From contig CABYIF010000003.1 of the NCBI GenBank assembly GCA_902518985.1, forward strand, positions 1 to 58,512: 58,512 nucleotides of DNA, read 5' to 3'. The DNA comes from an uncultured Alphaproteobacteria bacterium. Lineage in GTDB: Bacteria; Pseudomonadota; Alphaproteobacteria; HIMB59; GCA-002718135. Of the stretch, positions 1 to 8,390 are shown in pieces. The position numbers and the translations under genes are program-made. The notes beneath the pieces were generated by a model. It worked only from the letters and a program-made list of their open reading frames with translations, made no database searches and had not been told where the DNA came from. Positions within the stretch are counted from its first letter, which is position 1. Each line of letters begins with the position of its first letter.

Positions 1-579
1 GAAAGTAATAATTATATTATTATTTTTCTTACTATTTTTATATTTTTTTCTTAATACAAAATTTTTAAAAATTGCCTCAAGATTGATACTTCCTGAAACA
101 AAAGTTTTATTATCTTCAAATTTTGTTTCAATCAAAAAATCTTTTTTACTTTTTTTATCCATTATAAATACCCAATCAGGATAAGAATATTGAAGTGTAT
201 TTTTCATTTTTCTTTGGAACCTTGATGAATACTCACACCAATAGTCTATGATTGCAATAGATATAATCTTATTTTTTTTGGCTATTAGCCTAGCATTATG
301 TTCATACATATTATAGATTCCTGCTGCAGTGATCATTAAATTTGGTTTTATTTTTAGTATTAACTTTTCTAATTTTTTTACTGAAGTGTTTGGTTTTAAG
401 TTATTATTTTTAAAATTTGTTTTATCAATATATTTCTCTGAAGGTCCAGTGAAGCACGGGAATACATCGTGATCTTTAGCAATTTCTTTAATGATTATAC
501 CTAGTATTACTCCTCCAGCAGGATCATCGCAAAAAAATATTATTCTTTTTTTTTTATGATATTTGTTTTTTGTTATCAT
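1..579 (-). CDS. Hypothetical protein, N-terminal 193 codons only (runs off the left edge); probably part of the glycan/sugar-nucleotide cluster
   Basis: Absent from the ORF track because it has no stop inside the window. Hand translation of the minus strand from the ATG at 579-577 gives MITKNKYHKKKRIIFFCDDPAGGVILGIIIKEIAKDHDVF... I checked every codon and the frame stays open to nt 1. The start overlaps the 3' end of the upstream aminotransferase gene by 26 nt. Confidence 0.5.
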   Translation of the reverse strand, partial: MITKNKYHKKKRIIFFCDDPAGGVILGIIIKEIAKDHDVFPCFTGPSEKYIDKTNFKNNNLKPNTSVKKLEKLILKIKPNLMITAAGIYNMYEHNARLIAKKNKIISIAIIDYWCEYSSRFQRKMKNTLQYSYPDWVFIMDKKSKKDFLIETKFEDNKTFVSGSINLEAIFKNFVLRKKYKNSKKNNNIIITF

Positions 580-1861
580 ATACTTTCTCAAAAGCATTTA
601 CTACATCTTTCATATCTTTTAAGTTTGCGGGTGGTCTAATAAAATCATTTATAAATATTTCATTTTTTTCAATATATTCAGTTATAGGACAAATACCTAT
701 TGAGTAATCAATTGACATAGATTGCTTATCATAGCTGAAAGGCCAATGATTTTTTCCAAAAGCGATCTTTTTTTGAAACAGTGGTAATAAATATAATGGC
801 GTACAAAAACCAATACTTATTAAATGACCATGTTTTCTATCTTCTGCAGTCGGTAATTCCTTGGAAACTGCTTCTATAAATTTATCTCTTCCAATACCTA
901 AATCTTCAGATTTAATTTTAAAAGGTTGTACATAGTAAACGTGCTGACAATCTTTTTGAACATTTGCTTTTTCGATTCCAGGTATTTGAGATAGTTTCTC
1001 TGATAAAAAATTAGCATTTTCTATTCTATCTTTAAGAAGTTGCGGTAGTTTTTTTAATTGCTCTATTGCCATCACTGCTTGTATTTCTGTAAGTCTGAGA
1101 TTAAAACCAAAACAATTAGAAATATCAGCTTGTTGTTTACTCTCTAGCACTGCTTCACCATGATTTCTTATTAATCTTAAACGATTTGCAAAATCATCGT
1201 TATTTGTTGTAACCATACCTCCTTCTCCTGTATGGATATGCTTGTGAACATTTAAACTAAAAACTGTCATGTCGGCCTTAGAGCCAATTTTTGAATTTTT
1301 ATAAATAGCTCCTGGTGCTTGAGCAGCATCCTCAATAACAACAAGATTATGTTTTTTTGCTAGTTTTAAAAGACCATCCATATGAGATGGATGTCCAAAT
1401 ATTCCAGTAGTCATTATTGCTTTAGTTCTTGTAGATATTTTCTTTTCGACTTCAATAGGATTTAAACAAAAAGATTTTTCATCTATATCTGCAAAAACTG
1501 GTATTCCTTGATAGGCAATTATTGCCGTTGCTGTTGCAGACATAGTATAAGGTGTAACGATAACCTCATCCCCTGGCTCAATACCAGCAGCACCGATAGC
1601 CGATACCAAGCCAGAGGTATTTGAATTAAATGATACAGTATATTTACAATTTATAAATTCGGACCAATTATCTTCAAATTTTCTGACATTTTTACCGCCT
1701 AAAAATTTATCATTCCAACCACCTAAAAAACCTGAAAGATCTTCTTTTGAATCAATGAAATTTATTATTGCTTTTTTTTCTTCTTCTCCAATAATATAGT
1801 GTCCTGGAAAAAGATTCTTTCTTACTGGCTGACCTCCATTAATTGCTAACGTGTTTTTCAT
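554..1861 (-). CDS. DegT/DnrJ/EryC1/StrS-family PLP-dependent sugar aminotransferase
   Basis: 435 aa. Shows the family pattern GDEVIVTPYTMSATA...VIEDAAQAPGA...SLNVHKHIHTGEGGMV, with a candidate PLP lysine in the HK motif. Sits next to a cytidylyltransferase gene. Confidence 0.85.
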   Translation of the reverse strand: MKNTLAINGGQPVRKNLFPGHYIIGEEEKKAIINFIDSKEDLSGFLGGWNDKFLGGKNVRKFEDNWSEFINCKYTVSFNSNTSGLVSAIGAAGIEPGDEVIVTPYTMSATATAIIAYQGIPVFADIDEKSFCLNPIEVEKKISTRTKAIMTTGIFGHPSHMDGLLKLAKKHNLVVIEDAAQAPGAIYKNSKIGSKADMTVFSLNVHKHIHTGEGGMVTTNNDDFANRLRLIRNHGEAVLESKQQADISNCFGFNLRLTEIQAVMAIEQLKKLPQLLKDRIENANFLSEKLSQIPGIEKANVQKDCQHVYYVQPFKIKSEDLGIGRDKFIEAVSKELPTAEDRKHGHLISIGFCTPLYLLPLFQKKIAFGKNHWPFSYDKQSMSIDYSIGICPITEYIEKNEIFINDFIRPPANLKDMKDVVNAFEKVYDNKKQIS

Positions 1862-1911
1862 ATTATAAGTATATCTTATTAACTTTAATCATATTAAATT
1901 TTGAAAAAAAA

Positions 1912-2649
1912 TTAAACAACATTTCTAATAATATTGGCATTTACAAGACCTAGTTTTCTATTTTTATTTAGAAATTCCACAATTTCTCTTATATCAAAAT
2001 ATCTATCATTTTGTCCTAAAGATTTGTATATGTTTCTTAGTAATTTTAAATCTTCGTTTGTATCTAATCCTAAAAAATATTTAGATGAGTCATACTTTTT
2101 AGGAGCATGGATATGCTTTATTTTAAATGATTTAGGATTTCTCCAAAAATATGAAGATACATGTTCCAAATCTGATTTATCTTTAATTTTATTTTTTATT
2201 TCACTCAATTTATTTGTTTTAAAAATTCTTACATCAAAACCAGCAATATACATTGGTTTTTTTACACAGTTAGCTACAAAATCATAATTATTTTTTAGGA
2301 ATAAACTTATAGCGCTGTCTATTAATTTGTAATCCATAAAAACACTGTCTCCTGTTATTTCTACAATAATATCTATGTCATTTTTTTTAGCAGCTTTTAA
2401 GACTCTATATAGAACATTATTTTCGGAACCTCTGAAATATTTAATTTTTTTTTTCTTACAAAGATCTACAAGTAGGTCATCTTTTCTATTAGTTGTTGTA
2501 GCAATAATTATTTCATTAATATTTTTAGTTAATTTTAATCTATCTACTGTATGTAAAATAGACGGCTTGTTTCCAATTTTTTTTAATATTTTACCAGGCA
2601 GTCTATTAGAATTCATTCTTGCTTCTATGATTGCTCCAATTTTAACCAT
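1912..2649 (-). CDS. Cytidylyltransferase-family protein (SpsF / acylneuraminate cytidylyltransferase-like)
   Basis: 245 aa. The N-terminus IGAIIEARMNSNRLPGKILKKIGNKP is the typical nucleotide-sugar cytidylyltransferase P-loop-like motif. Confidence 0.75.
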   Translation of the reverse strand: MVKIGAIIEARMNSNRLPGKILKKIGNKPSILHTVDRLKLTKNINEIIIATTTNRKDDLLVDLCKKKKIKYFRGSENNVLYRVLKAAKKNDIDIIVEITGDSVFMDYKLIDSAISLFLKNNYDFVANCVKKPMYIAGFDVRIFKTNKLSEIKNKIKDKSDLEHVSSYFWRNPKSFKIKHIHAPKKYDSSKYFLGLDTNEDLKLLRNIYKSLGQNDRYFDIREIVEFLNKNRKLGLVNANIIRNVV

Positions 2650-2666
2650 TTATAAACTCTAACTAA

Positions 2667-2837
2667 TTATAATTTAGATTGATATTCATCTGTTAGCCAT
2701 TTCATTAAATCTAAACTTGCACATTTTTTGGAACAAAAAGGAGTAAAGGGGTCAATGGCTTTCTTCTTACAAGTCGGACACTTACTATTTTTTTTGAGTT
2801 GCAATATATTAGTTTTCTTTTTTTTTTTTATTTCCAT
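2667..2837 (-). CDS. yacG: YacG-like zinc-ribbon protein (DNA gyrase inhibitor family)
   Basis: 56 aa, below the track cutoff, translated by hand: [56 protein letters not shown]. This matches the YacG signature CPxC...PFCSxRCxxIDLxxW. Its ATG overlaps the infA stop (ATGGAAATAA). Confidence 0.6.
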   Translation of the reverse strand: MEIKKKKKTNILQLKKNSKCPTCKKKAIDPFTPFCSKKCASLDLMKWLTDEYQSKL

Positions 2838-3046
2838 CTAAATGTAATTCGACCTTTAGTTAAATCATAAGGCGTCATTTCAACAGTTACTTTATCACCT
2901 GCCAGAACTCTAATTCTATTTTTTCTCATTTTACCTGATGAATGAGCAAGGATTTCATGTTCATTCTCTAATTTAACTTTAAACATAGCATTCGGCAAAA
3001 GTTCTAAGACAACTCCTTGAAATTCTATTGATCCTTCTTTTGGCAT
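2828..3046 (-). CDS. infA: Translation initiation factor IF-1
   Basis: 72 aa. The S1-like sequence [67 protein letters not shown] is near-canonical IF-1. Confidence 0.95.
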   Translation of the reverse strand: MPKEGSIEFQGVVLELLPNAMFKVKLENEHEILAHSSGKMRKNRIRVLAGDKVTVEMTPYDLTKGRITFRWK

Positions 3047-3085
3047 CTATCTCCTTTATTTATTAGAATCTTTATATAATTAACT

Positions 3086-4369
3086 TTATTTATTTTGTCT
3101 AATTTTTACTGATAATTTATGTGCTTCAAGACCCTCAATGTTAGCCATATTTTCTGTGTCTTTTTTTAAGGTGTTATAAGATTTAAAATTCATTTCAACT
3201 ATAGAATTCCTTTTCATAAAATCTAGAACACCTAATCCTGATGAGAATTTAGCTGAACCAGACGTTGGTAAAACATGGTTTGTTCCTACTATATAATCTC
3301 CAAAAGCTTCAGCAGAATATTCACCCAAAAAAATTCCACCAGCGTTACTAATTTTGGGTAAAAGTTTTTTATAAGATTTAACTTGAAGGTGAAGATGTTC
3401 TGGCGCAATATGATTAATAATATCTACAGCGTCTTTAAAACTATCAACAATTATAATAAGCCCATTTTTTTTAAGACTTTTATTAATTATTATTTTTTTT
3501 GAAATAAATTTTTTAAGATTTTCGATTTCTTTTGTTACTTTTTTTGCAAATTTTATACTATCCGTGATTAGTATTGATTGTGCGTTAATATCATGTTCTG
3601 ATTGTGCCATTAAATCTGAGGCGACCCATTTGGGGTTATTATTATTGTCTGCAACTACTACAATTTCTGACGGACCGGCAATTAAATCTATACCTACTTT
3701 GCCAAAAAGTTGCTTTTTTGCCTCTGCAACATAAGAATTTCCAGGTCCGAATATTTTATTAACTGGCTTAATTGTGTTAGTACCAATTGCAAATGCTGCA
3801 ATCGCCTGAGCACCTCCTAAAAAATATACTTCGGAAATCTTTAATTCTTTTACTAAGGCTAAAAAATATGGATTTATTTCTTTAGTTGGTGGAGTTATGC
3901 ATACTATCCTTTTTACGCCAGCAATCTTAGCTGGAACAACGTTCATAATAAGAGATGAAGGATAAAAAGCTTTTCCTCCAGGAATATACAAACCCACTGA
4001 GTCAATTGCTTTCCATCTTGTTTTTAAATTTACTTGATTCTTATTTTGGGTAATATTTTTAGGTATTTGTTTCTTATGAAAATCTGTAATATTTTTGATT
4101 GCTTTTTTAAAACTACTTAGTATATTTTTATCAACTTTTTCTTTTAAATCTATTGAATTAATATTCAACCTAAAACTACTTTTATCTAATATTATTTTAT
4201 CAAATTTTTTTGTGTATTTTATAAGAGCTTGATCACCATTTTTTCTAATATTTTTTATAATATTTTTAACATCATTTTCTAACTTGTTGTCAGTTGGATT
4301 ATTTCTATTTTCTAGGACTTTATTTAAAGTGTTTAAAAAATTATTTTTTTTATAATTTAATATTATCAT
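3086..4369 (-). CDS. hisD: Histidinol dehydrogenase
   Basis: 427 aa. Contains GGAQAIAAFA, GPGNSYVAEAK, QSEHD and APEHL motifs. Adjacent to hisG and overlapping it by 1 nt. Confidence 0.9.
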   Translation of the reverse strand: MIILNYKKNNFLNTLNKVLENRNNPTDNKLENDVKNIIKNIRKNGDQALIKYTKKFDKIILDKSSFRLNINSIDLKEKVDKNILSSFKKAIKNITDFHKKQIPKNITQNKNQVNLKTRWKAIDSVGLYIPGGKAFYPSSLIMNVVPAKIAGVKRIVCITPPTKEINPYFLALVKELKISEVYFLGGAQAIAAFAIGTNTIKPVNKIFGPGNSYVAEAKKQLFGKVGIDLIAGPSEIVVVADNNNNPKWVASDLMAQSEHDINAQSILITDSIKFAKKVTKEIENLKKFISKKIIINKSLKKNGLIIIVDSFKDAVDIINHIAPEHLHLQVKSYKKLLPKISNAGGIFLGEYSAEAFGDYIVGTNHVLPTSGSAKFSSGLGVLDFMKRNSIVEMNFKSYNTLKKDTENMANIEGLEAHKLSVKIRQNK

Positions 4370-5013
4370 TACAAAATATTTTCAAATTCAGAAATTATAT
4401 TTTTAATTGTATTCATTTCTGTTTTATAAGCTGATCTATTAATAATTAACTTAGATTGAATATCCATTATTTTTTCCACTTCTATTAAGCCATTAACTTT
4501 AAGTGTTTTTCCTGTTGAAACTAAATCAACTATTCTTCTGCACATGTTTAACGAAGGTGCTAATTCCATAGATCCATTGAGTTTAATAATTTCAACTTGA
4601 ATACCTTTTTTTGCAAAAAATTTTTTTGTTATACTAGGATATTTTGTAGCAACTCTAATATTACTCCATGTATCAGGATCTTCTTTCTTTAATAAGCTTT
4701 TCTGAGCAGCAACAGATATCTTGCAATGACCTATATTTAGATCTAAAGGAGCATAAACTTCAGAGTAATCAAATTCTTTTATAACATCTTCTCCTGCAAT
4801 TCCAATTTGAGCAGCCCCAAACGCCACAAATGTACAAGCATCAAAAGCTCTGACCTTGATATATTCAATATTTTTCTTTTTTGATTTAAATTTTAATTTT
4901 CTGGTATTATTATCAAATAGCATCGGATCTGGAGCAAAGGAAGTTTTTGATAAAATATTTTTACAATCTTTAGTAATTCTTCCTCTAGGAATAGCTATTA
5001 TTATTTTACTCAT
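4369..5013 (-). CDS. hisG: ATP phosphoribosyltransferase, short form
   Basis: 214 aa. Contains IAIPRGRI...DCKNIL, GIAGEDV and DLVSTGKTLKVNGL motifs. Confidence 0.9.
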   Translation of the reverse strand: MSKIIIAIPRGRITKDCKNILSKTSFAPDPMLFDNNTRKLKFKSKKKNIEYIKVRAFDACTFVAFGAAQIGIAGEDVIKEFDYSEVYAPLDLNIGHCKISVAAQKSLLKKEDPDTWSNIRVATKYPSITKKFFAKKGIQVEIIKLNGSMELAPSLNMCRRIVDLVSTGKTLKVNGLIEVEKIMDIQSKLIINRSAYKTEMNTIKNIISEFENIL

Positions 5014-5060
5014 AAAAAAAATGGTTAATATATCCTGAATAAAAGAAAGACTAGAAAAAG

Positions 5061-6317
5061 TTAGCTTTTAACGCGTTTTATTTTTAAACCAAGCTTTCCT
5101 ATACTTTTTTCGATTTTTTCATAACCTCTATCTAAGTGATATACTCTGTTAATGACAGTTTTTCCCTCACCACACAAAGCAGCGAGTACTAAACTTACGC
5201 TAGCTCTTAAATCACTAGCCATAACTTGGGCTCCTTTAAATTTTTGATTGCCTTTTATATAAGCCTTATCTTTTGTTAATCTTATATTTCCTCCCAGTCT
5301 TATCAATTCAGGAACATGCATAAAACGATTTTCAAAAACTGTTTCTTTAATTTGTGAATTGCCATTAACTATACTCATTAATGCCATTAATTGTGCTTGT
5401 AAATCAGTTGGAAAACCAGGGTATGGGGCTGTTTCAATATTGCAAGATTTAAGTTTTTTACTTGGAGAAACTTTTACAGAATTATTCGATACATTCAATT
5501 CACAACCCATCCTTTTAAGAACATCTATCAAAGATTTTATATGATGAGTATTAACATTTTTAACCTCAAATTTGCAATTCAGCATTATGGCTAATATAAT
5601 ATATGTTCCAGCAACAATTCTATCAGATATTATAGTGTGTTTTGCAGTTTTAAGATTATCTACACCTTGGATATAAATTTTTCTAGACCCTAAGCCTTCA
5701 ATTTTGGCACCCATAGCTATTAAGCAGTTTCCTAAATCTTGTATTTCCGGCTCTCTTGCCGCTTGATCTATAATTGTTTCTCCTTTTGCTAAAACAGAAG
5801 CCATAAGAATGTTTTCAGTTGCTCCAACACTAGGAAATGACAATTTTATTTTATTACCAATCAATTTATTTTTTACATTTCCAATAATAAATCCATTTTC
5901 TATTTTAAATTTTGCGCCAAGCTTTGATAGTCCGTCTAAATGAATATCAACAGGCCTCGTTCCAATTGCACATCCACCAGGAAGTGAGATTTTTGAATAG
6001 CCAAAACGAGAGAGCAAAGGTCCTAAAATTAAAACTGAAGCCCTCATCTTTCTAACAATATCGTAATCAGCTGATATATTTTTTAAGCTTCTATTATTTA
6101 TAGTTATTGACTTGTTATTGGTGCTTATTTTAGCTCCAAAACCTCTAAGTAATTTTAACATATTATCTATATCATCAACGTTTGGAATATTTCTTAAAAT
6201 TAAATTTTTATCACTTAATAATGATGAAACAAGAATAGGTAGGGCTGCATTTTTTGAGCCATGTACTTTTATGGATCCCTTTAATTTATTATTTCCAACA
6301 ATAATTAATTTATCCAT
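5061..6317 (-). CDS. murA: UDP-N-acetylglucosamine 1-carboxyvinyltransferase
   Basis: 418 aa. Contains KLKGSIKVHGSKNAALPIL, the catalytic-loop Cys in LPGGCAIGTRPVD, and YHLDRGYEKIE at the C-terminus. Confidence 0.95.
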   Translation of the reverse strand: MDKLIIVGNNKLKGSIKVHGSKNAALPILVSSLLSDKNLILRNIPNVDDIDNMLKLLRGFGAKISTNNKSITINNRSLKNISADYDIVRKMRASVLILGPLLSRFGYSKISLPGGCAIGTRPVDIHLDGLSKLGAKFKIENGFIIGNVKNKLIGNKIKLSFPSVGATENILMASVLAKGETIIDQAAREPEIQDLGNCLIAMGAKIEGLGSRKIYIQGVDNLKTAKHTIISDRIVAGTYIILAIMLNCKFEVKNVNTHHIKSLIDVLKRMGCELNVSNNSVKVSPSKKLKSCNIETAPYPGFPTDLQAQLMALMSIVNGNSQIKETVFENRFMHVPELIRLGGNIRLTKDKAYIKGNQKFKGAQVMASDLRASVSLVLAALCGEGKTVINRVYHLDRGYEKIEKSIGKLGLKIKRVKS

Positions 6318-6444
6318 TATTTTTTTTTACAATTTTTCTTTTTAGTATATTGGCTTTTAGTTCATTTTCTAATCTTTTTAATCTAGATGATCTTAATATT
6401 TTTTTAGTATTTTTCTTATTTTTTAATTTTTTATCTTCTGTCAC
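6310..6444 (-). CDS. Possible 44-aa highly basic mini-protein (GTG start), translationally coupled to murA
   Basis: Hand translation: VTEDKKLKNKKNTKKILRSSRLKRLENELKANILKRKIVKKNNG. Its stop overlaps the murA ATG (AATGGATAA). There is no ATG, only a GTG, and no family was recognised. Confidence 0.25.
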   Translation of the reverse strand: MTEDKKLKNKKNTKKILRSSRLKRLENELKANILKRKIVKKNNG

Positions 6445-6476
6445 AATATATTTTTAATTTAGTTATTGAATTTGTA

Positions 6477-6605
6477 TTATTTACTTTTCTTAGAGCATTT
6501 TTTAGAGCAATAAAGAACATTTTTCCAATCTCTTACCCATTTTTTACGCCAGAAAAAAGGCAATTTGCATGTAGGGCAAATTTTAGAAGGTAGTTTTTTC
6601 TTCAA
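6477..6605 (-). CDS. DUF2256-like C4 zinc-ribbon protein
   Basis: 42 aa, translated by hand: (TTG)MKKKLPSKICPTCKLPFFWRKKWVRDWKNVLYCSKKCSKKSK. This matches the DUF2256 pattern LPxKxCxxCxxPFxWRKKWxxxWxxVxYCSxxC as I remember it. Only TTG starts are available (6605, or 6617). Confidence 0.55.
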   Translation of the reverse strand: MKKKLPSKICPTCKLPFFWRKKWVRDWKNVLYCSKKCSKKSK

Positions 6606-6609
6606 TCTG

Positions 6610-7761
6610 TTATTCAAATATATAAAAGTATGAATATGCAACAACTATTGCAGGAATTGCACTGTACAATGTTGCTAAAATTGCTGCTTTTGGAGCCAAA
6701 GCTATTGCAGGAAATAAAGCGTCTCCATCATTTGAAATCGCATTTCCAATTTCAGCGGAAAGAGGTATGTAGCCATTTAGATAAAATGTTGCTACGACAA
6801 CTTGTGGGCCACAACCTGGTAAGAAACCAAATAATATTGCGACTAAGGGCACAAATGGAAGCCAAAGATCAAAAAATATTTTTAAGTCAATATTGGTAAA
6901 ATAAATAAAAATTTCAAAAATTAAAAAACCACTTATTACCCAAGTTGTTACAAAATTTGTTGTATCTACAACCCTTGACACATATCCCCTACTTTTATCT
7001 GTAGAACATTGAAAATCGCTTAATGGATTTAAAGACCACATAAAAATTGAGAGAATTGCTCCAGAGGAGCCTACTAATATAAATATATTATTATAAATAT
7101 TAGATTTAAATTCTATCTGAAAAGCACTAATAATTCCAAAAACAAATCCAGGTATAAATAGTAATATCCAAAAAATATTAAAATTTGAAACAAATGTTTT
7201 TTTGAACTTTTCAAATTCAACATTTATTTTTGATTGTGGTAACATAAAATCAACACCGTGAAGCATATCTACACAGTAACCAGAAACTGAACCTACCATA
7301 ATACCTAAAATAAATATTAGTAAACCTGTTGAAGGTTCAATAGCTAAAATTAAGAAAGCTGCATCTCCCATAGTCGCTGTGAGTACCGCTACAAATGATC
7401 CAAAAGAAATCCGGCCTTGGATATATTGTGTTACAACAATTATAGCTCCACCACATCCTGGAATAGCCCCTAGAAAAGCAGCAAGCGGTACATGAATTTT
7501 TTGTGTTTTAGATAAAAATAGTTTCACATCAAATTTAGTTAAACTATCTAAACCTATAAAAACAAATAGAGTAAATCCAACAAAAACAGATACTTGTATG
7601 TAAGCATCAATCATAGAGTTTCGAATTATATTCCCAAATTCACCACTTTGAAAAGCAAGAGCTAAAATTAGTAATCCAAAAAATGACTTTTTTAAAAGTC
7701 TTCCCTCATTAGCAAATATGAGTTTTTTTTGACTATTAATTGCATTAATCAAAGCATTCAT
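6610..7761 (-). CDS. Polytopic inner-membrane permease with internal two-fold repeat; putative metal (Mn2+) transporter
   Basis: 383 aa with about 10-12 hydrophobic segments. The motif is duplicated: GAIPGCGGAIIVVTQY in the N-half and GFLPGCGPQVVVATFY in the C-half. Divergently paired with a DtxR/MntR regulator. Confidence 0.55.
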   Translation of the reverse strand: MNALINAINSQKKLIFANEGRLLKKSFFGLLILALAFQSGEFGNIIRNSMIDAYIQVSVFVGFTLFVFIGLDSLTKFDVKLFLSKTQKIHVPLAAFLGAIPGCGGAIIVVTQYIQGRISFGSFVAVLTATMGDAAFLILAIEPSTGLLIFILGIMVGSVSGYCVDMLHGVDFMLPQSKINVEFEKFKKTFVSNFNIFWILLFIPGFVFGIISAFQIEFKSNIYNNIFILVGSSGAILSIFMWSLNPLSDFQCSTDKSRGYVSRVVDTTNFVTTWVISGFLIFEIFIYFTNIDLKIFFDLWLPFVPLVAILFGFLPGCGPQVVVATFYLNGYIPLSAEIGNAISNDGDALFPAIALAPKAAILATLYSAIPAIVVAYSYFYIFE

Positions 7762-7780
7762 AATATGTATATAGCTAAAT

Positions 7781-7800
7781 AATATAGCTATGGCTATATT
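7781..7800. promoter_or_regulatory. Perfect 20-bp palindrome, candidate MntR/DtxR operator in the divergent promoter region
   Basis: AATATAGC-TATG-GCTATATT has 8-bp perfect arms. The half-site ATATAGCTA is also repeated directly at 7769-7777. It lies in the 77-nt gap between the permease and regulator genes. Confidence 0.45.
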
Positions 7801-7838
7801 TCTATTAATTTTTTATCATTTTTGTGATATTTTAATAT

Positions 7839-8237
7839 ATGTCTTATAGAAAAGTCAGAAATGCTCATAAAACTGAAAATACTGAGGATTATTTAGAATT
7901 AATAGCAGAACTTTTAAATTCCAAAGGAGAGGCGAGAATTGTAGATATAGCAAATATACTTGGAATTGCTCAAGCTACTGCAAATAAAACCATTCGAAGA
8001 TTGCAAACTCAAGGATATATAAAAAGAGAACCATATAGATCAATTTTTCTTACAGTTAAAGGTCAGAAAATTGCTAGTCTATCAAAAAAAAGACATAACA
8101 CTGTATTTGAGTTTTTATTAAATTTAGGTATCGATAAAAAAACGGCTGCTGCAGACGCAGAGGGAATAGAACATCATGTAAGTGATAAAACTCTTAAAAA
8201 AATGGATAAATTTAATTACTACAAAAAAAAAATTTAA
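7839..8237 (+). CDS. mntR: DtxR/MntR-family metal-dependent transcriptional repressor
   Basis: 132 aa. Contains TEDYLELIAEL...ARIVDIANILGIAQATANKTIRRLQTQGYI (a winged HTH) followed by the metal/dimerisation helix region HHVSD. Confidence 0.8.
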   Translation: MSYRKVRNAHKTENTEDYLELIAELLNSKGEARIVDIANILGIAQATANKTIRRLQTQGYIKREPYRSIFLTVKGQKIASLSKKRHNTVFEFLLNLGIDKKTAAADAEGIEHHVSDKTLKKMDKFNYYKKKI

Positions 8238-8269
8238 GAATTGGCAAATCAAAAACAATTGGTGTATAA

Positions 8270-8306
8270 AAAAGAAGGGACACGGCGAAAATATCCCTTC
8301 TTTTTT
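8270..8306 (+). terminator. Rho-independent terminator after the regulator gene
   Basis: The stem AAAAGAAGGGA / TCCCTTCTTTT has a 13-nt loop and runs into TTTTTTG. Confidence 0.6.
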
Positions 8307-8390
8307 GTTTAAATGGTTTAAATTTACATAAACCTAATAATCTTTTAACCGATTCTTTTAAAAGTAACAAATTTTTTAAAAATAAAAAAT

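Noticed and set aside
1934-2662. Plus-strand ORFs 1934-2287 and 2375-2662, and similar 60-120-aa ORFs antisense to or out of frame with long genes. Examples are 4856-5038, 5359-5544, 6112-6345, 6630-6899, 9846-10037, 9959-10147, 10299-10526, 12865-13053, 14218-14418, 14743-15033, 18834-19118, 19689-19877, 19943-20215, 20468-20725, 25962-26186, 28401-28589, 29055-29249, 30720-30902, 31530-31733, 34135-34410, 35838-36083, 36919-37107, 37370-37606, 42676-42873, 44531-44740, 46272-46643, 47174-47383, 47296-47535, 48464-48667, 53518-53739, 53878-54225 and 56908-57111.
   Set aside because: Each lies entirely within a longer ORF whose product has clear family motifs. Their translations are low-complexity F/L/I/K/S-rich strings, as expected from shadow frames in AT-rich DNA. 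None shows a recognisable motif.
2814-2830. Long A/T homopolymer runs (for example T9-T10 at 2821-2829, 6321-6328 and 37086-37093), considered as phase-variation tracts.
   Set aside because: They are ubiquitous in this ~30% G+C sequence. They occur in essential-gene contexts or terminators, and none sits where slippage would toggle an accessory gene.
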